Counted from the first letter of the stretch, positions 10,504-20,562 are shown. The stretch is DNA of 64,000 bases from an uncultured Acidobacteriota bacterium (GCA_963804995.1 CAWDSK010000006.1:288001-352000), one strand, 5' to 3'. Notes: generated by a model from the sequence alone, not told the origin. Translations and numbers: made by a program.

Positions 10504-11806
10504 TGTCCCTACCAATAATCTCGTTCATCTTGAAATCATTGATTTTCTCGGGAAACGTCGTTAGGCTCCCTCGTCCATGTTTATCCCACTCCTTTCCGCA
10601 TTGGTTAGCATCCGATCTTGGTTTCGAAATCGAGCAATGCTGCAAATGGAAAACCTTGCCCTGCGCCACCAACTGACAGTTCTTAAAAGGTCTCAGCGTG
10701 GCCGGCTTCGTCTGGACTCCGCCGACCGATGGCTTTGGATTTGGCTCTCTCGCTTCTGGTCGAACTGGCGCTCGGCGTTGCTCATCGTCAAGCCCGAAAC
10801 GGTAATCGCCTGGCATCGCCAGGGATTCCGCTGGTATTGGAGATGGAAGAGTCGGCACGGCGAGCCGGGAAGGCCTACCATCGAGTTGGAGGTTCGGGAG
10901 TTGATCCGAAAGATGAGTCTGGCGAACCCGCTCTGGGGAGCACCCCGTATTCATGGGGAATTGCTCAAGCTCGGAATCCAAGTGTCACAAGCCACAGTCG
11001 CGAAGTACATGGCTCGGCAACGAAGACCGCCATCCCAGACGTGGCGTACTTTCCTTGAGAACCACGTGCAGCAGTTGGTTGCGACGGACTTCTTCGTCGT
11101 GCCGACCGTCACTTTTCGACTCCTATACGTCTTTATCGTCTTGGCGCACGATAGGAGACGCCTACTCCATTTTAACGTCACCGCCCATCCCACTTCCGAA
11201 TGGACGGCGCAACAGCTGGTTGAGGCGTTCCCTTGGGACAGCGCGCCACGCTACCTGCTCCACGATCGCGACTCGATTTATGAAGGGTCATTCCGTTAAC
11301 GAGTTCGGAGGATGGCGATTCAGGAAGTTCTGACGGCCCCCAGATCGCCTTGGCAGAATCCATACGTTGAGCGCCTAGTGGGCTCGATCCGGCACGAGTG
11401 CCTGGACCATGTTGTTGTGTTCAACGAGTCTTCACTGCGTAGCCTTCTAAATTCTTACTTCGCGTATTACCTACGTTCGCGAACACATTTGGCGTTGGCG
11501 AAGGATGCCCCGGAAGCGAGGGTTATCCAAGGGCCGGAATTCGGTGCCGTGGCAGAGATCCCCGAAGTCGGAGGACTCCATCACCGTTATGAACGGAGAG
11601 CAGCTTGAAGCGTCATTCCCCCAAGAGACAGTCTTGAGTCTCCTTCCGGTGCCAGCAGACGTTGGCGTTGGATGACAGAACCACGGATCGATTCCAGGAC
11701 CCGTCTCCTTGAGAACGATGGTGAGGATATCATGCGGTGCTGCTGGGAGGGTCACGGAGCCATGACGGATTATCTTCCTACTGCGATCGAGTTTTTGGTA
11801 TGGACA
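10504..11806 (+). mobile_element. IS481/IS3-like insertion sequence (1303 bp)
   Basis: Imperfect IRs TGTCCCTACCAATAATCTCG and TGTCCATACCAAAAACTCG (reverse complement); no target duplication. Confidence 0.8.
10577..11608 (+). pseudogene. Integrase-core (rve) DDE transposase with in-frame TAA at 11297
   Basis: ENLALRHQL, WGAPRIHGELLKLG, ATDFF, LHDRDS, PWQNPYVER, GGLHHRY. Confidence 0.9.
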
Positions 11807-12461
11807 GGAGGCGGCGCGAGTGCAGGAGTGGCGAGCCCTGGACGCCATCTACTCGCTGGGAGAGTTCCACTTGCAGCTCTTCGGGTGGGATCAGGAAAGG
11901 CGCTTCGTGGTGGTGCGAGAGCAACTGCGGGAGACGAAGCGTTCGCCGGGCCGGAAATTATTGGAAGTTCCTGGTTACACCTTTCGAGTTTTCGTCACCA
12001 ACCTGCCCGATCCGCCAGAAGAAGTCTGGCGGGACTATAACCAGCGGGCCTGCGTGGAGCAACGCATCGAGGAGTTGAAGTCGGACTTGGGCGCAGACGA
12101 TTTCTGCCTGCGGGAATTCTTCGCCACCGAGGCGGTGTTCCTGAGCATTCTGATGCGGTTCAACCTGCTGGGGGAGTTCCAACGCGCCAGTGGGATGACC
12201 GGCTACCGACAGCCGGCCAGCTTGCGGGTGCAGGTGTTCCTGTGCGGAGCGATCCTGGGCCGTGCGGGCCACCGACCGGTGCTCCATCTGTCGGCCGCCT
12301 GGGGAGGCTTGGGAAAACGCAACTTCCTGTTCGACAACCTCTTGGCGTATGAAATCCCAACTTCGCGCAAGTTGGAATTGCAACCACACGGGGCGGGGTG
12401 AAGCACGGCCTCCAAACCCTAGCCCGGAGGCTAAGAACTTCGTTCAACTTACGAATTCGGG
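11807..12461 (+). pseudogene. IS1380-family transposase C-terminal fragment with right end
   Basis: FVTNL and YNQRACVEQRIEELK; ends GAATTCGGG followed by TTAA. Confidence 0.8.
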
Positions 12462-12832
12462 TTAAAGAAATAAAGATGCGACCGACAATTGCAGTCTGAG
12501 GCTCCGAACCCAAGGAGAGGAGCCCTCGCGTCCCTGATTTTCCGCACCACGCGGGCCCATTGGTGCTCACGTCGTCGTGCATCGTAGCTAAACCAAATAC
12601 CATGAAACCGGGTATGCGCTCGCAGGTAGTCGATATGCCAGTGGGGTCGAAGGGACGGCTTCTGGTGGTGGGCGATCCGAGCACGCAGACCCCCCGAACC
12701 CAAAGCGCTCCCCAGATAGATGTAATACCCAGGTTGCAGCCGCATTGTTCCAAGGCGCCCGATCTGAACGCGGATGTTGGTCGAACAAGACAGGATCAGC
12801 CCGTATGTCCCTGGCTTTGGCTTAAGAACCAT
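12449..12832 (-). CDS. GIY-YIG/Uri superfamily nuclease (DUF123-like)
   Basis: GTYGL..YIYLGSA, HWHIDYL, GFGASDCNCRSHL; stop codon lies in the IS1380 end. Confidence 0.8.
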   Translation of the reverse strand: MVLKPKPGTYGLILSCSTNIRVQIGRLGTMRLQPGYYIYLGSALGSGGLRARIAHHQKPSLRPHWHIDYLRAHTRFHGIWFSYDARRREHQWARVVRKIRDARAPLLGFGASDCNCRSHLYFFNPNS

Positions 12833-12964
12833 TCCAGCTGCCAGTCTATTCGAGAGTGCGGAGCCCGCCAGGCGAACTCGCCGTACCGGTCCATCGAAGA
12901 GGATTGACCAAGCCAACGCATGCTACGCAGGACCCCTATGGCCTGGCCGTTTCTGCTTCGCAAT

Positions 12965-13867
12965 TCACTCCCCGGCAAGCTCCCTCCGCAGGTTTTCCCA
13001 CAACGCCTGCTCCCGGTGATAAGGATCATTGGCCAGCACCTGTTCTCTGGAGCTCAGGTCGGCGAGAAACCGGAAGCCGCTGGCGCAATCGGCGCAAATT
13101 CTCTCGCGGTCGATCCTCGCGTCACGGCGCACCAAGTCCCGTAAGTCGTCCCAGTCAAATTCCCTGCCCTCCTCAAATTTCCTCATGAGGCGCGCGGGAT
13201 CGAAGGTATCGCCCGCCTGCCAAAGCTTCAGCACCACAAGCCGGCGAATAAGCGGATAATCGATCGGCCGTGTCGCGTACATCCCGAGGTCGTAAATGTC
13301 GCGCGCCTTGTTGCGCTGATAACAGGCGCGGATTTTTTCAGCAAGAATTTCGGGCAGCGCCAGGCAGGTGATCTCGGCGGGGGCGAAAGGCAAGAGCCTG
13401 AAATAAGTCTGTTCGTATTGTGGCCGCCGCTCGGGCGGGAGCGTCGGCGTCTCGCGACGGCTGATCTGCAGTTTTATTTGGCTGTCGCCTGCCACGTTCC
13501 AATCATGCGAATAGGTCGGATTCACACCCCATGACAGACCGTCCTGGGTCTCGTAATAACTGTTATCAGGAATGTGGAACCTGATCCCGTGAAATTCCTG
13601 CTCGAAGGCCCCCATCATGGCGAGGATGACATCCTCGTGATCGTGCTCCTCAAGCGCGGTGAAATCCAGATCAGTGGAGAACCGTGCATGGCTTCCGATG
13701 AACATCTTCCGAAGACAGGTGCCACCCTTGAAGGCCAACCTGTCCAGAATGCGGTGCTCCGAGAGAAGCTGAAGCAAAAAGGTCAGGACGATTTCCTTTT
13801 CAGCGATCATCATGTCGCGAAGACCGGACTGGGTGGAGTAACGCCGCACCTCGGGTTGCGTAAGCAT
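12965..13867 (-). CDS. abiEii: AbiEii-family nucleotidyltransferase toxin (type IV TA)
   Basis: FKGGTCL, RFSTDLDF, EILAEK, KARDIYDL. Confidence 0.9.
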   Translation of the reverse strand: MLTQPEVRRYSTQSGLRDMMIAEKEIVLTFLLQLLSEHRILDRLAFKGGTCLRKMFIGSHARFSTDLDFTALEEHDHEDVILAMMGAFEQEFHGIRFHIPDNSYYETQDGLSWGVNPTYSHDWNVAGDSQIKLQISRRETPTLPPERRPQYEQTYFRLLPFAPAEITCLALPEILAEKIRACYQRNKARDIYDLGMYATRPIDYPLIRRLVVLKLWQAGDTFDPARLMRKFEEGREFDWDDLRDLVRRDARIDRERICADCASGFRFLADLSSREQVLANDPYHREQALWENLRRELAGE

Positions 13868-13869
13868 GC

Positions 13870-14733
13870 TTACCCGTCCTTCTTGAGCGCTCTTCCCCGG
13901 CCTAGCCCGGCGCTTTCATGCAGTTCTTCTCCCGACACGTTCACGAACAGATGCCATGTCTTGTCATAGCCGATGGCGCCGGGAACTTTGTGTGCGGGAT
14001 TCGATCCCATCCATGTCCGGGGGCCGCGGGCGGCGAGGTCAAGCAGCCTTTCGCGGACGGCGGTGGGCATGTCCGCCTTGACGTGATCCATCACCCAGCC
14101 GAATCTACGGACCAGCGCAATCGAATCGATCCGTTGGAGATAGTCTGCCGCCTTTGGCCAATCAAAACGGCGACTGGCCGCCGCCAGAATGGAGGCGGCC
14201 TCTCCCACGCCACCGGCCAGCGTCGGGCGGTCGATGCAGTCGATGGCCGTCTTTTCTCGATCGGACATCATGACTTTGTAGCCGAGGACGTCGACAGGAG
14301 CGAATCCGAAAAATTTCGCAGGCTTGGGATTGACGATCCGCACCCGTCCCTCCCCGACCTGCCGACCCCGCAGGCGCGTCGGCGTGACGAGTACGATCAA
14401 CCGGCGATGCTGTGTCGTTAGCCCGTAGTGCTCGGCGGCGCTGCCGTATCCGATGTAGTAGGGATCGGCGATGCGGCTCGCTAGCGCGAGGAGATTGCTT
14501 TCGCCCAGGGCAGCGGGCCCCTGGTCGGGCGGGATGACGAGGTACTCTCCCCAGCTCGCCCGCTCGAGCCACCCTTTCCGGCGCAGCGATTCAATTACCT
14601 TGTCAGCCGCCTTGGCGCTACCACCCAGCAGTTGGACAATCTCCGGCCGGCCCACTTCGCGCCGTTCTTGTTCGGCGAGGGCAAGCACAACTCGGCTCTC
14701 CTGTGGCGATAAGGTGCGGACGGTGAAATCCAT
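13870..14733 (-). CDS. abiEi: AbiEi-family antitoxin/transcriptional regulator
   Basis: wHTH (LRRKGWLER), YYIGYGSAAEHYGLTTQ, SDREKTAIDC; 2 bp upstream of the toxin gene. Confidence 0.88.
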   Translation of the reverse strand: MDFTVRTLSPQESRVVLALAEQERREVGRPEIVQLLGGSAKAADKVIESLRRKGWLERASWGEYLVIPPDQGPAALGESNLLALASRIADPYYIGYGSAAEHYGLTTQHRRLIVLVTPTRLRGRQVGEGRVRIVNPKPAKFFGFAPVDVLGYKVMMSDREKTAIDCIDRPTLAGGVGEAASILAAASRRFDWPKAADYLQRIDSIALVRRFGWVMDHVKADMPTAVRERLLDLAARGPRTWMGSNPAHKVPGAIGYDKTWHLFVNVSGEELHESAGLGRGRALKKDG

Positions 14734-14749
14734 AATATTCTTACTCACA

Positions 14750-14772
14750 AAACCCCCTGTTTTAGGGGGTTT
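14750..14772. promoter_or_regulatory. Inverted repeat upstream of abiEi, candidate operator
   Basis: AAACCCCCT-N5-AGGGGGTTT, 17 bp before the ATG. Confidence 0.5.
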
Positions 14773-14861
14773 CGATGAACAAAATATCATCTCAGGCCTT
14801 GCATGTCAATCATGTGCAGATATTTCCCCTCAAAGGGGGCTGGCCTTAACTGATTATAAGC

Positions 14862-15212
14862 TTATGCGAAGCGTCCGTCGCGCAGGACTCGCGCTTGAAC
14901 GGAAAGCCGCCGGCGCAGCATCTCCAGAGCTTGTCCCGCCTTCTTCTCTTGGAAGAAACTGAGGGCGGCGTTAAAGAAGAGCAATACGCCAATGATGATG
15001 GCCTCAGCACGTTTCTTCAGTATGATTTCGAGAAGAATAGTAACTTCGAGCATCCAGGGAACAGGAGCCCAAAATTTGCCGAAAAATCTTCGCCAAGGAT
15101 GCGACTTCGGCTCCTCGACCGCAGTCGGGCCGTATTCCAGAAGACGCTTCGTCGCCTCATCACTCGTCAATCCTGCGGATGTTTGAGCGCCGGCCGGGAA
15201 AACGTTTCGCAT
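14862..15212 (-). pseudogene. P-type (H+-efflux-like) ATPase N-terminal fragment
   Basis: GLTSDEA..RL..YGP, FWAPVPWMLE, ARVLRDG, then stop. Confidence 0.85.
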
Positions 15213-16152
15213 GGCCGTTATTATCTCATGGGAAGACCCGATGCTTGGGGACTGGCATCACAGACGGCATTGCCCACTCGGCAAACCATACAGCAGGATC
15301 GCAAGTACGAGTTCAACAGCTTATCGTACTGATCGACAACCTCGACCGCCCGGGGCCGGTCGCACACATGCCCGCAAATGGTTACTGGGACAGTCTGAAT
15401 TCAGATGGTTTAAGCCTGGCAGCAAACGTGACGCTCTGCGACAATAAGGTTGGAGGCGGTATGAATGGTCGTTAAATACCCTCAGAGCCATGAATATTTC
15501 GAACTCGCTGAGCCAGTGAAGCCGAGCACGGCGAAAAAAGTCAGAAAGAAGGTTGTTGTGCGCTTTGCGGTGAGGGAAACCACGTCGTATGGCCAACAGA
15601 CTTAAATCCGTTTTCACGAAAATGTCAGAAGGTTTGACCACTGGCTAGTTGGAGGTAGAAATAGACCAGCCCCTGTTTCCGCCGGGGCCTCTTAGAACTT
15701 TTGGGCGCAATCGATGGGTAAAGGAGAATTGCGTCCGATGCGAGCCAAAAACTCTGCAGCGACAGAAGTCAAGGCAGGATGCTCGCTTCGTTCCGACACC
15801 TCTGCAACTAGCAATGGCTTCCAACCATCAAAGTCCCTCAAGAACACCTTTCGCGCCGCCTGTGCTTGCCCTCACTGTAATCAGAGTGATCGCCGTAAGT
15901 TTTGCGATATCAAGAAGGTGGAACTTGGTAGAGCGCAGCCCAGAAGGGCTTGGCGTCGACCGATTGGCGAACTTGTGTTTCGCCAAAATCTCATCCGCGC
16001 AGGAACTGGCGCGAGTCGCTTTGTGCCTCGGATTGAAAAGAGAACCTGGACTCGGTTAAGAGTTGCTTTGAGGAGCGCGAAGGTTCTATTTAGACGAGGA
16101 CCTGGGCAGATGCGACGTTCTTATCTAAGGATGGGCGAAAAGTTGGCCCGGA

Positions 16153-16398
16153 TCAGGCAGCCCGATCGTAACGATGATGCAGCCCGCCAAGTCGATCCTG
16201 AGATAGGATGCGCCCCGAGGCTTTGGAGCGAATTCTGTGGTCGGGGGTTCCCTTCCTCAACCCAAGGTGCGTGCGGTCTTCGTGGTAGTAGTGAACGTAT
16301 TCAGAGAGCATACGTTTCAAATGGCGTTCATTCACCGCAATGACGTGATCCAGTAGATCTTGTCGGCAGCTTTCAACCCAACGCTCCCCTACGCCATT
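16153..16398 (-). pseudogene. C-terminal part of split rve transposase
   Basis: NGVGERWVESCRQDLLDHVI..GGLHHRYDRAA. Confidence 0.9.
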
Positions 16399-16691
16399 GG
16401 ATCAGGTCGTCAACTACACACCATAGAGACTATTCAAAACGACGTTTCCGAGTAACTCACCCTTACCATCCACTGTTCCAACGTGAATTCGAATGGGTGG
16501 ACTACCGCCAGAACTGGGGGGAGGACCGAGTGTATTTCTACGACGAAGGAGGCCAGTTGACCTCGCTACCGGCGCGGTGGACGAGTGTCGTGGGGGAGGA
16601 CCCATTCGTGGTCATAGGGGGAGGCCGCTCGTATTTTCGCGTTGAGGACCTGATTGAATTGGTGCGTTTGGTGGAGGGTTTACGGTCCTGA
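16399..16691 (+). CDS. DUF5372 (Y4bD-like) protein, 5' end missing in the integrated state
   Basis: FRVTHPYHPL..RQNWGEDRVYF..SLPARWT; frame is open from the element end with no ATG/GTG/TTG before 16497. Confidence 0.75.
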
Positions 16692-16705
16692 AGCCCCGGA
16701 AGGTC

Positions 16706-16747
16706 TGTAAAGGGAATTACGCCGTTTGTGTTAAAGGGATTATGTCG
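16706..16747 (+). repeat. Two imperfect 19-bp direct repeats, 23-bp period
   Basis: TGTAAAGGGAATTACGCCG / TGTTAAAGGGATTATGTCG. Confidence 0.6.
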
Positions 16748-16841
16748 GAGCTTGAGCCGAAGTCCAGAGTTTTCGGTGGGTGTGTGAGTGCAATATCCGC
16801 TTATTGTGCAACACAAATTCGGGTCGGAGGATAGAAAAGGC

Positions 16842-16870
16842 TTGACAGGGAGCAAGAGAATGTATATAAT
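16842..16870 (+). promoter_or_regulatory. Consensus sigma70 promoter of the recombinase operon
   Basis: TTGACA-17 nt-TATAAT, upstream of GGAGGAG and ATG 16912. Confidence 0.85.
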
Positions 16871-16911
16871 TAACATTACACTCGTTTGCCGGATTTGCTC
16901 CGGAGGAGCCC

Positions 16912-17379
16912 ATGTCCCCTTCCTCACGCCACGATGCCAAGCGCCATATCCTGCGCTCCCAAGGTACCTTGAATCCCCGCCCGCAGGAGGTGGCCCACGC
17001 CCTGTTCCAGGACAGCGACTTCTTCGATCCCCGGGACTTGCTGCAGGTCAAGTACGAGATGCTGCGCCAAGTGAGGGTCGAAAACCAAGCGGTGAGCCAA
17101 GCGGCGGAGGCTTTTGGTTTCTCCAGACCCTCCTTCTACCTCGCCCAGGCGGGCTTCGTAGCCAGGGGACTCGCAGGATTGATTCCCCAGAAACGGGGAC
17201 CTCGGCACGCCCACAAGCTCACGGCCGAGGTAATGGAGTTCGTCCGGCAGGCCCGAGCTGCCGAACCCTCCTTGCGGAGCGAGGAACTGGCGGCCCGGGT
17301 GAAGAAAGCCTTCCGTCTACGGGTCCATCCTCGCAGCTTGGAGCGCCGGCTTCGGCAGCAGCAAAAAAAACGACGTTGA
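16912..17379 (+). CDS. Helix-turn-helix protein
   Basis: FFDPRDLLQVKYEMLR, AAEAFGFSRPSFY, GLIPQKRGPR. Confidence 0.85.
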   Translation: MSPSSRHDAKRHILRSQGTLNPRPQEVAHALFQDSDFFDPRDLLQVKYEMLRQVRVENQAVSQAAEAFGFSRPSFYLAQAGFVARGLAGLIPQKRGPRHAHKLTAEVMEFVRQARAAEPSLRSEELAARVKKAFRLRVHPRSLERRLRQQQKKRR

Positions 17380-17681
17380 GCGACCCTCCCGTTGCTCCCC
17401 TGATGGCCCAGGAGGGGATCGTAAACCAATATGAGGAACTCCGGCGACAAGTGCGGGGTGAGTTAGGCGGCAGGCGCGGAGCCTTGGGCCTGGCGCTGTT
17501 TATTCGCCAGGGGATGAAAGGCTGGATGGAAGCCTGGTCCCACTGCCTGCCGGGTGGGATTCCGATGAAACCCCAGAATCCGTCCGGCCCTGAGGAGAGG
17601 GTTCCTCTCGATCTGCACACGGAAGTGGTTACGATTCTGGCGAGCATGGTACTTCACAGTCGGCCGGAGGTGAGAGGATGA
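17376..17681 (+). CDS. Small hypothetical protein of the element
   Basis: TTGA and ATGA overlaps with neighbours; YEELR..GLALFIRQGMKGW. Confidence 0.7.
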   Translation: MSDPPVAPLMAQEGIVNQYEELRRQVRGELGGRRGALGLALFIRQGMKGWMEAWSHCLPGGIPMKPQNPSGPEERVPLDLHTEVVTILASMVLHSRPEVRG

Positions 17682-19771
17682 GAACCGAAATGCCGCAGAA
17701 GGTTCAAGCCCACCATTTGAAACGCGACGCCTACCTGTATATCCGGCAGTCCACGCTTCGGCAGGTCTTTGAGAATACCGAGAGCACCCAGCGCCAGTAC
17801 GCGTTACGCCAACAGGCCGTGGCCCTGGGCTGGCCTTTGGAACGGATCATCGTGATCGACAACGATCAAGGCCAGTCGGGAGCTTCGGCGGTAGACCGAG
17901 AGGGATTTCAAAGGTTGGTGAGTGAAGTGGGGATGGGGCGAGCAGGGATCGTTCTGGGTCTCGAGGTGTCGCGCCTGGCGCGCAACTCCACGGACTGGCA
18001 TCGACTGCTGGAGATCTGCGCGCTCACCGACACGCTCATTTTGGATGAAGATGGCATCTACGACCCGGCGCACTTTAATGACCGCCTGCTGTTGGGGCTG
18101 AAAGGCACGATGAGCGAGGCGGAACTGCACGTGCTGCGAGCCCGGTTGCGAGGCGGAATCCTCAGCAAAGCTCGGCGCGGTGAGTTGGAGATCCCACCTC
18201 CGGTCGGCTTGGTCTATAACGGCTCGGGGCAACTCGTTCTCGATCCGGACCAGCAGGTGCAACAGGGCCTTCGACTCTTGTTTGAAACCTTCCGTCGTAC
18301 GGGATCCGCCCTGGCCACGGTGAAGGCCTTTCGCCAGCAGGGGCTGCTGTTTCCCCGCCGCCTGCGGGCGGGGCCCCACCAAGGAGAGTTGGTATGGGTG
18401 GAACTTGTTCACAGCCATGTCCTGCGCGTTTTGCACAATCCTCGGTATGCCGGGGCCTACGTCTTTGGCCGGAGTCAGACGCGCAAGAAGCTGGAGGGTG
18501 GCGTGACGGTGAAGTGGTTGCCTCGCGAGGAGTGGGACACTTGCCTTCCTGGGGCCCATGCGGGTTACCTCTCCTGGGAAGAATATGAGAGCAATCAGCG
18601 GCGGTTACGGGAATCCGCGCAAGCTTGGGGTCCCGACCGTCGTCAAAGCCCTCCGCGGGAAGGTCCAGCGCTTCTGCAGGGATTAGTGATCTGTGGCCGC
18701 TGTGGGAATCGGATGACCGTGCGTTATCATGTTCACCGGTCACGCCTGGCCCCCCATTATGTGTGTCAGCGGTACGGTATCGAACACGCTCAAACCATCT
18801 GCCAGACGGTTCCTGGAGCGGGTATCGACCAGGCCATCGGGGAACTGCTGATCGAAGTGGTCACTCCGTTAGCCCTGGAGGTGGCGCTGAGCGTGCAGCA
18901 AGAACTTCAGTCTCGTTGGGAAGAAGCGGATCGGTTGCGCCAAACCCAAGTCGAGCGCGCCCGGTATGAGGCGGAGCTGGCCGAGCGGCGCTACTTGCGT
19001 TGCGATCCCGACAACCGGCTCGTGGCGGATTCGCTCGAGGCCGACTGGAACCACAAGCTGCGTGCTCTGGGAGAGGCTCAGCAAGAGTATCAACGTCAAC
19101 GTCAGGTCGACCGTGGGTTGTGTCGGGAAGAGGAACGCGCTCAGATTTTTGCCCTGGCCACAGACTTCCCTCGGCTGTGGCGCGATGCGAAAACGCCACA
19201 TCGAGAACGGAAGCGTATGGTCCGCCTTCTATTGGAAGACGTCACGTTGACCCGCAACCATGAGATCACGCTTCAGATCCGCTTCAAGGGGGGAGCTACA
19301 AAGACCCTGCATTTGCCCATCCCCCTCAATGCCTGGAAACAGCGCACCACCAAGCCGGAGGTGGTGGCGGAGATCGACCGGCTCCTGGATCAACGTACCG
19401 ATCGGCAGATCGCTAGCCTGCTGAATGAACGCGGCTGGCTCTCGGGCGAAGGCAGGCCCTTCAGCCCTCACATCGTTGCGCGCATACGGCGTAACTATGC
19501 CTTGAAGAGCGGTTACACTCGCCTACGCGGAGCCGGCCTGTTGACCCTGCAAGAGATGGCTAAGCTGCTCGGCATCTCCACCGGGTGGGTGAAAGTCTGG
19601 CGGGACCATGGTCTGTTAAGAGCTCAAGCCTACAACGAGAAAAACGAGTGTTTATATGAACACCCCGGCGATGATCCGCCGCGCAAGATGCAAGGGACGA
19701 AGCTCGCTGCCAGGCAGCGATTCTTCGAGGACCCCTCGAATCATACCAATGAGGTGCAGTATGAAGCATAA
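17678..19771 (+). CDS. Large serine recombinase (697 aa)
   Basis: YIRQS catalytic motif, VSRLAR, LHNPRYAG, CGRCG zinc ribbon, coiled coil, C-terminal HTH. Confidence 0.95.
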   Translation: MRTEMPQKVQAHHLKRDAYLYIRQSTLRQVFENTESTQRQYALRQQAVALGWPLERIIVIDNDQGQSGASAVDREGFQRLVSEVGMGRAGIVLGLEVSRLARNSTDWHRLLEICALTDTLILDEDGIYDPAHFNDRLLLGLKGTMSEAELHVLRARLRGGILSKARRGELEIPPPVGLVYNGSGQLVLDPDQQVQQGLRLLFETFRRTGSALATVKAFRQQGLLFPRRLRAGPHQGELVWVELVHSHVLRVLHNPRYAGAYVFGRSQTRKKLEGGVTVKWLPREEWDTCLPGAHAGYLSWEEYESNQRRLRESAQAWGPDRRQSPPREGPALLQGLVICGRCGNRMTVRYHVHRSRLAPHYVCQRYGIEHAQTICQTVPGAGIDQAIGELLIEVVTPLALEVALSVQQELQSRWEEADRLRQTQVERARYEAELAERRYLRCDPDNRLVADSLEADWNHKLRALGEAQQEYQRQRQVDRGLCREEERAQIFALATDFPRLWRDAKTPHRERKRMVRLLLEDVTLTRNHEITLQIRFKGGATKTLHLPIPLNAWKQRTTKPEVVAEIDRLLDQRTDRQIASLLNERGWLSGEGRPFSPHIVARIRRNYALKSGYTRLRGAGLLTLQEMAKLLGISTGWVKVWRDHGLLRAQAYNEKNECLYEHPGDDPPRKMQGTKLAARQRFFEDPSNHTNEVQYEA

Positions 19772-19776
19772 GCCTT

Positions 19777-20562
19777 CTGCCAGGGACTCTCGAAGGAGGT
19801 CCGCACCGGGCTCATCTTCAGGGATCGAACGGCCACGGGGACCTCCAACCCGTATTTCGCATCCCGGTCGAAGATGAGAAACCGAGGAGCCATCTCAAAC
19901 GGGAACGCTTCTCGCAGCTGTTGGACGACCCACAGGCTAGTCGGGTGCTTGGTGACGTTGAAGTGCAGGATACGTCGCCGGCCATGGCTGATGACGAAGA
20001 AGCCATAGAGCACGCCAAAGGTTAATGTTGGCACGGTGAAGAAATTCATGGCCGCAATCGCTTCCCTGTGGTTTCGGAGGAAGGCGAGCCAACGTTGGGC
20101 TGGCTCGGGATCTCTCGGCGCCCGTTTCATCCAACGCGAGATCGTTCTCTCGCAAAGATCAAAACCGAGCATAAGAAGCTCGCCGTGGATGCGCGGCGCT
20201 CCCCAGGTTGGATTCTCAACAACCATCCGGAAGATCAACTCTCGGACTCCCTTCGGTGTCGGCTTCCTCCCAACCCGCGTCCTGACTTTCGAGATCAGAT
20301 TCCAGTACAAGCGAAAACCAGCTCGGTGCCACCGAATTACGGTTTCAGGTGTGACGACGATCAGGGCTTGTTCCCATCCTGACCAGTATCGACGAACGGC
20401 AACCCAGAACAATTTGTCGAACGGGCTCAGGCACGGGCGTCGACGCCGCCGCTTCAATACGGCGAGTTGTTGGCGTAACGCAAGATTCTCAAGGAGGAGA
20501 CTTCGTCGCATGCGAAAGAAGCGAATCAGCGTTCCGACGCACAGGCCGATGAATTGAAGCAT
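19777..20562 (-). pseudogene. N-terminal part of split rve transposase
   Basis: LENLALRQQL, WGAPRIHGEL, FDRD, SPWQ; first catalytic Asp appears as Asn (AMNFF). Confidence 0.9.

Larger units (their letters stand above)
16399..19776 (+). mobile_element. Four-gene large-serine-recombinase element (y4bA-D-like organisation)
   Basis: Flanked by TT at 16397-98 and 19775-76; removal restores the host codons PWQNGV. Confidence 0.88.

Noticed and set aside
15212..15970. LIVLIDNLDR as a KAP NTPase Walker B remnant
   Set aside because: Single short motif with no Walker A or supporting frame.
16788..17681. 297-aa ORF
   Set aside because: Its 5' two-thirds overlaps the promoter and the HTH gene in another frame; only 17376-17681 looks coding.
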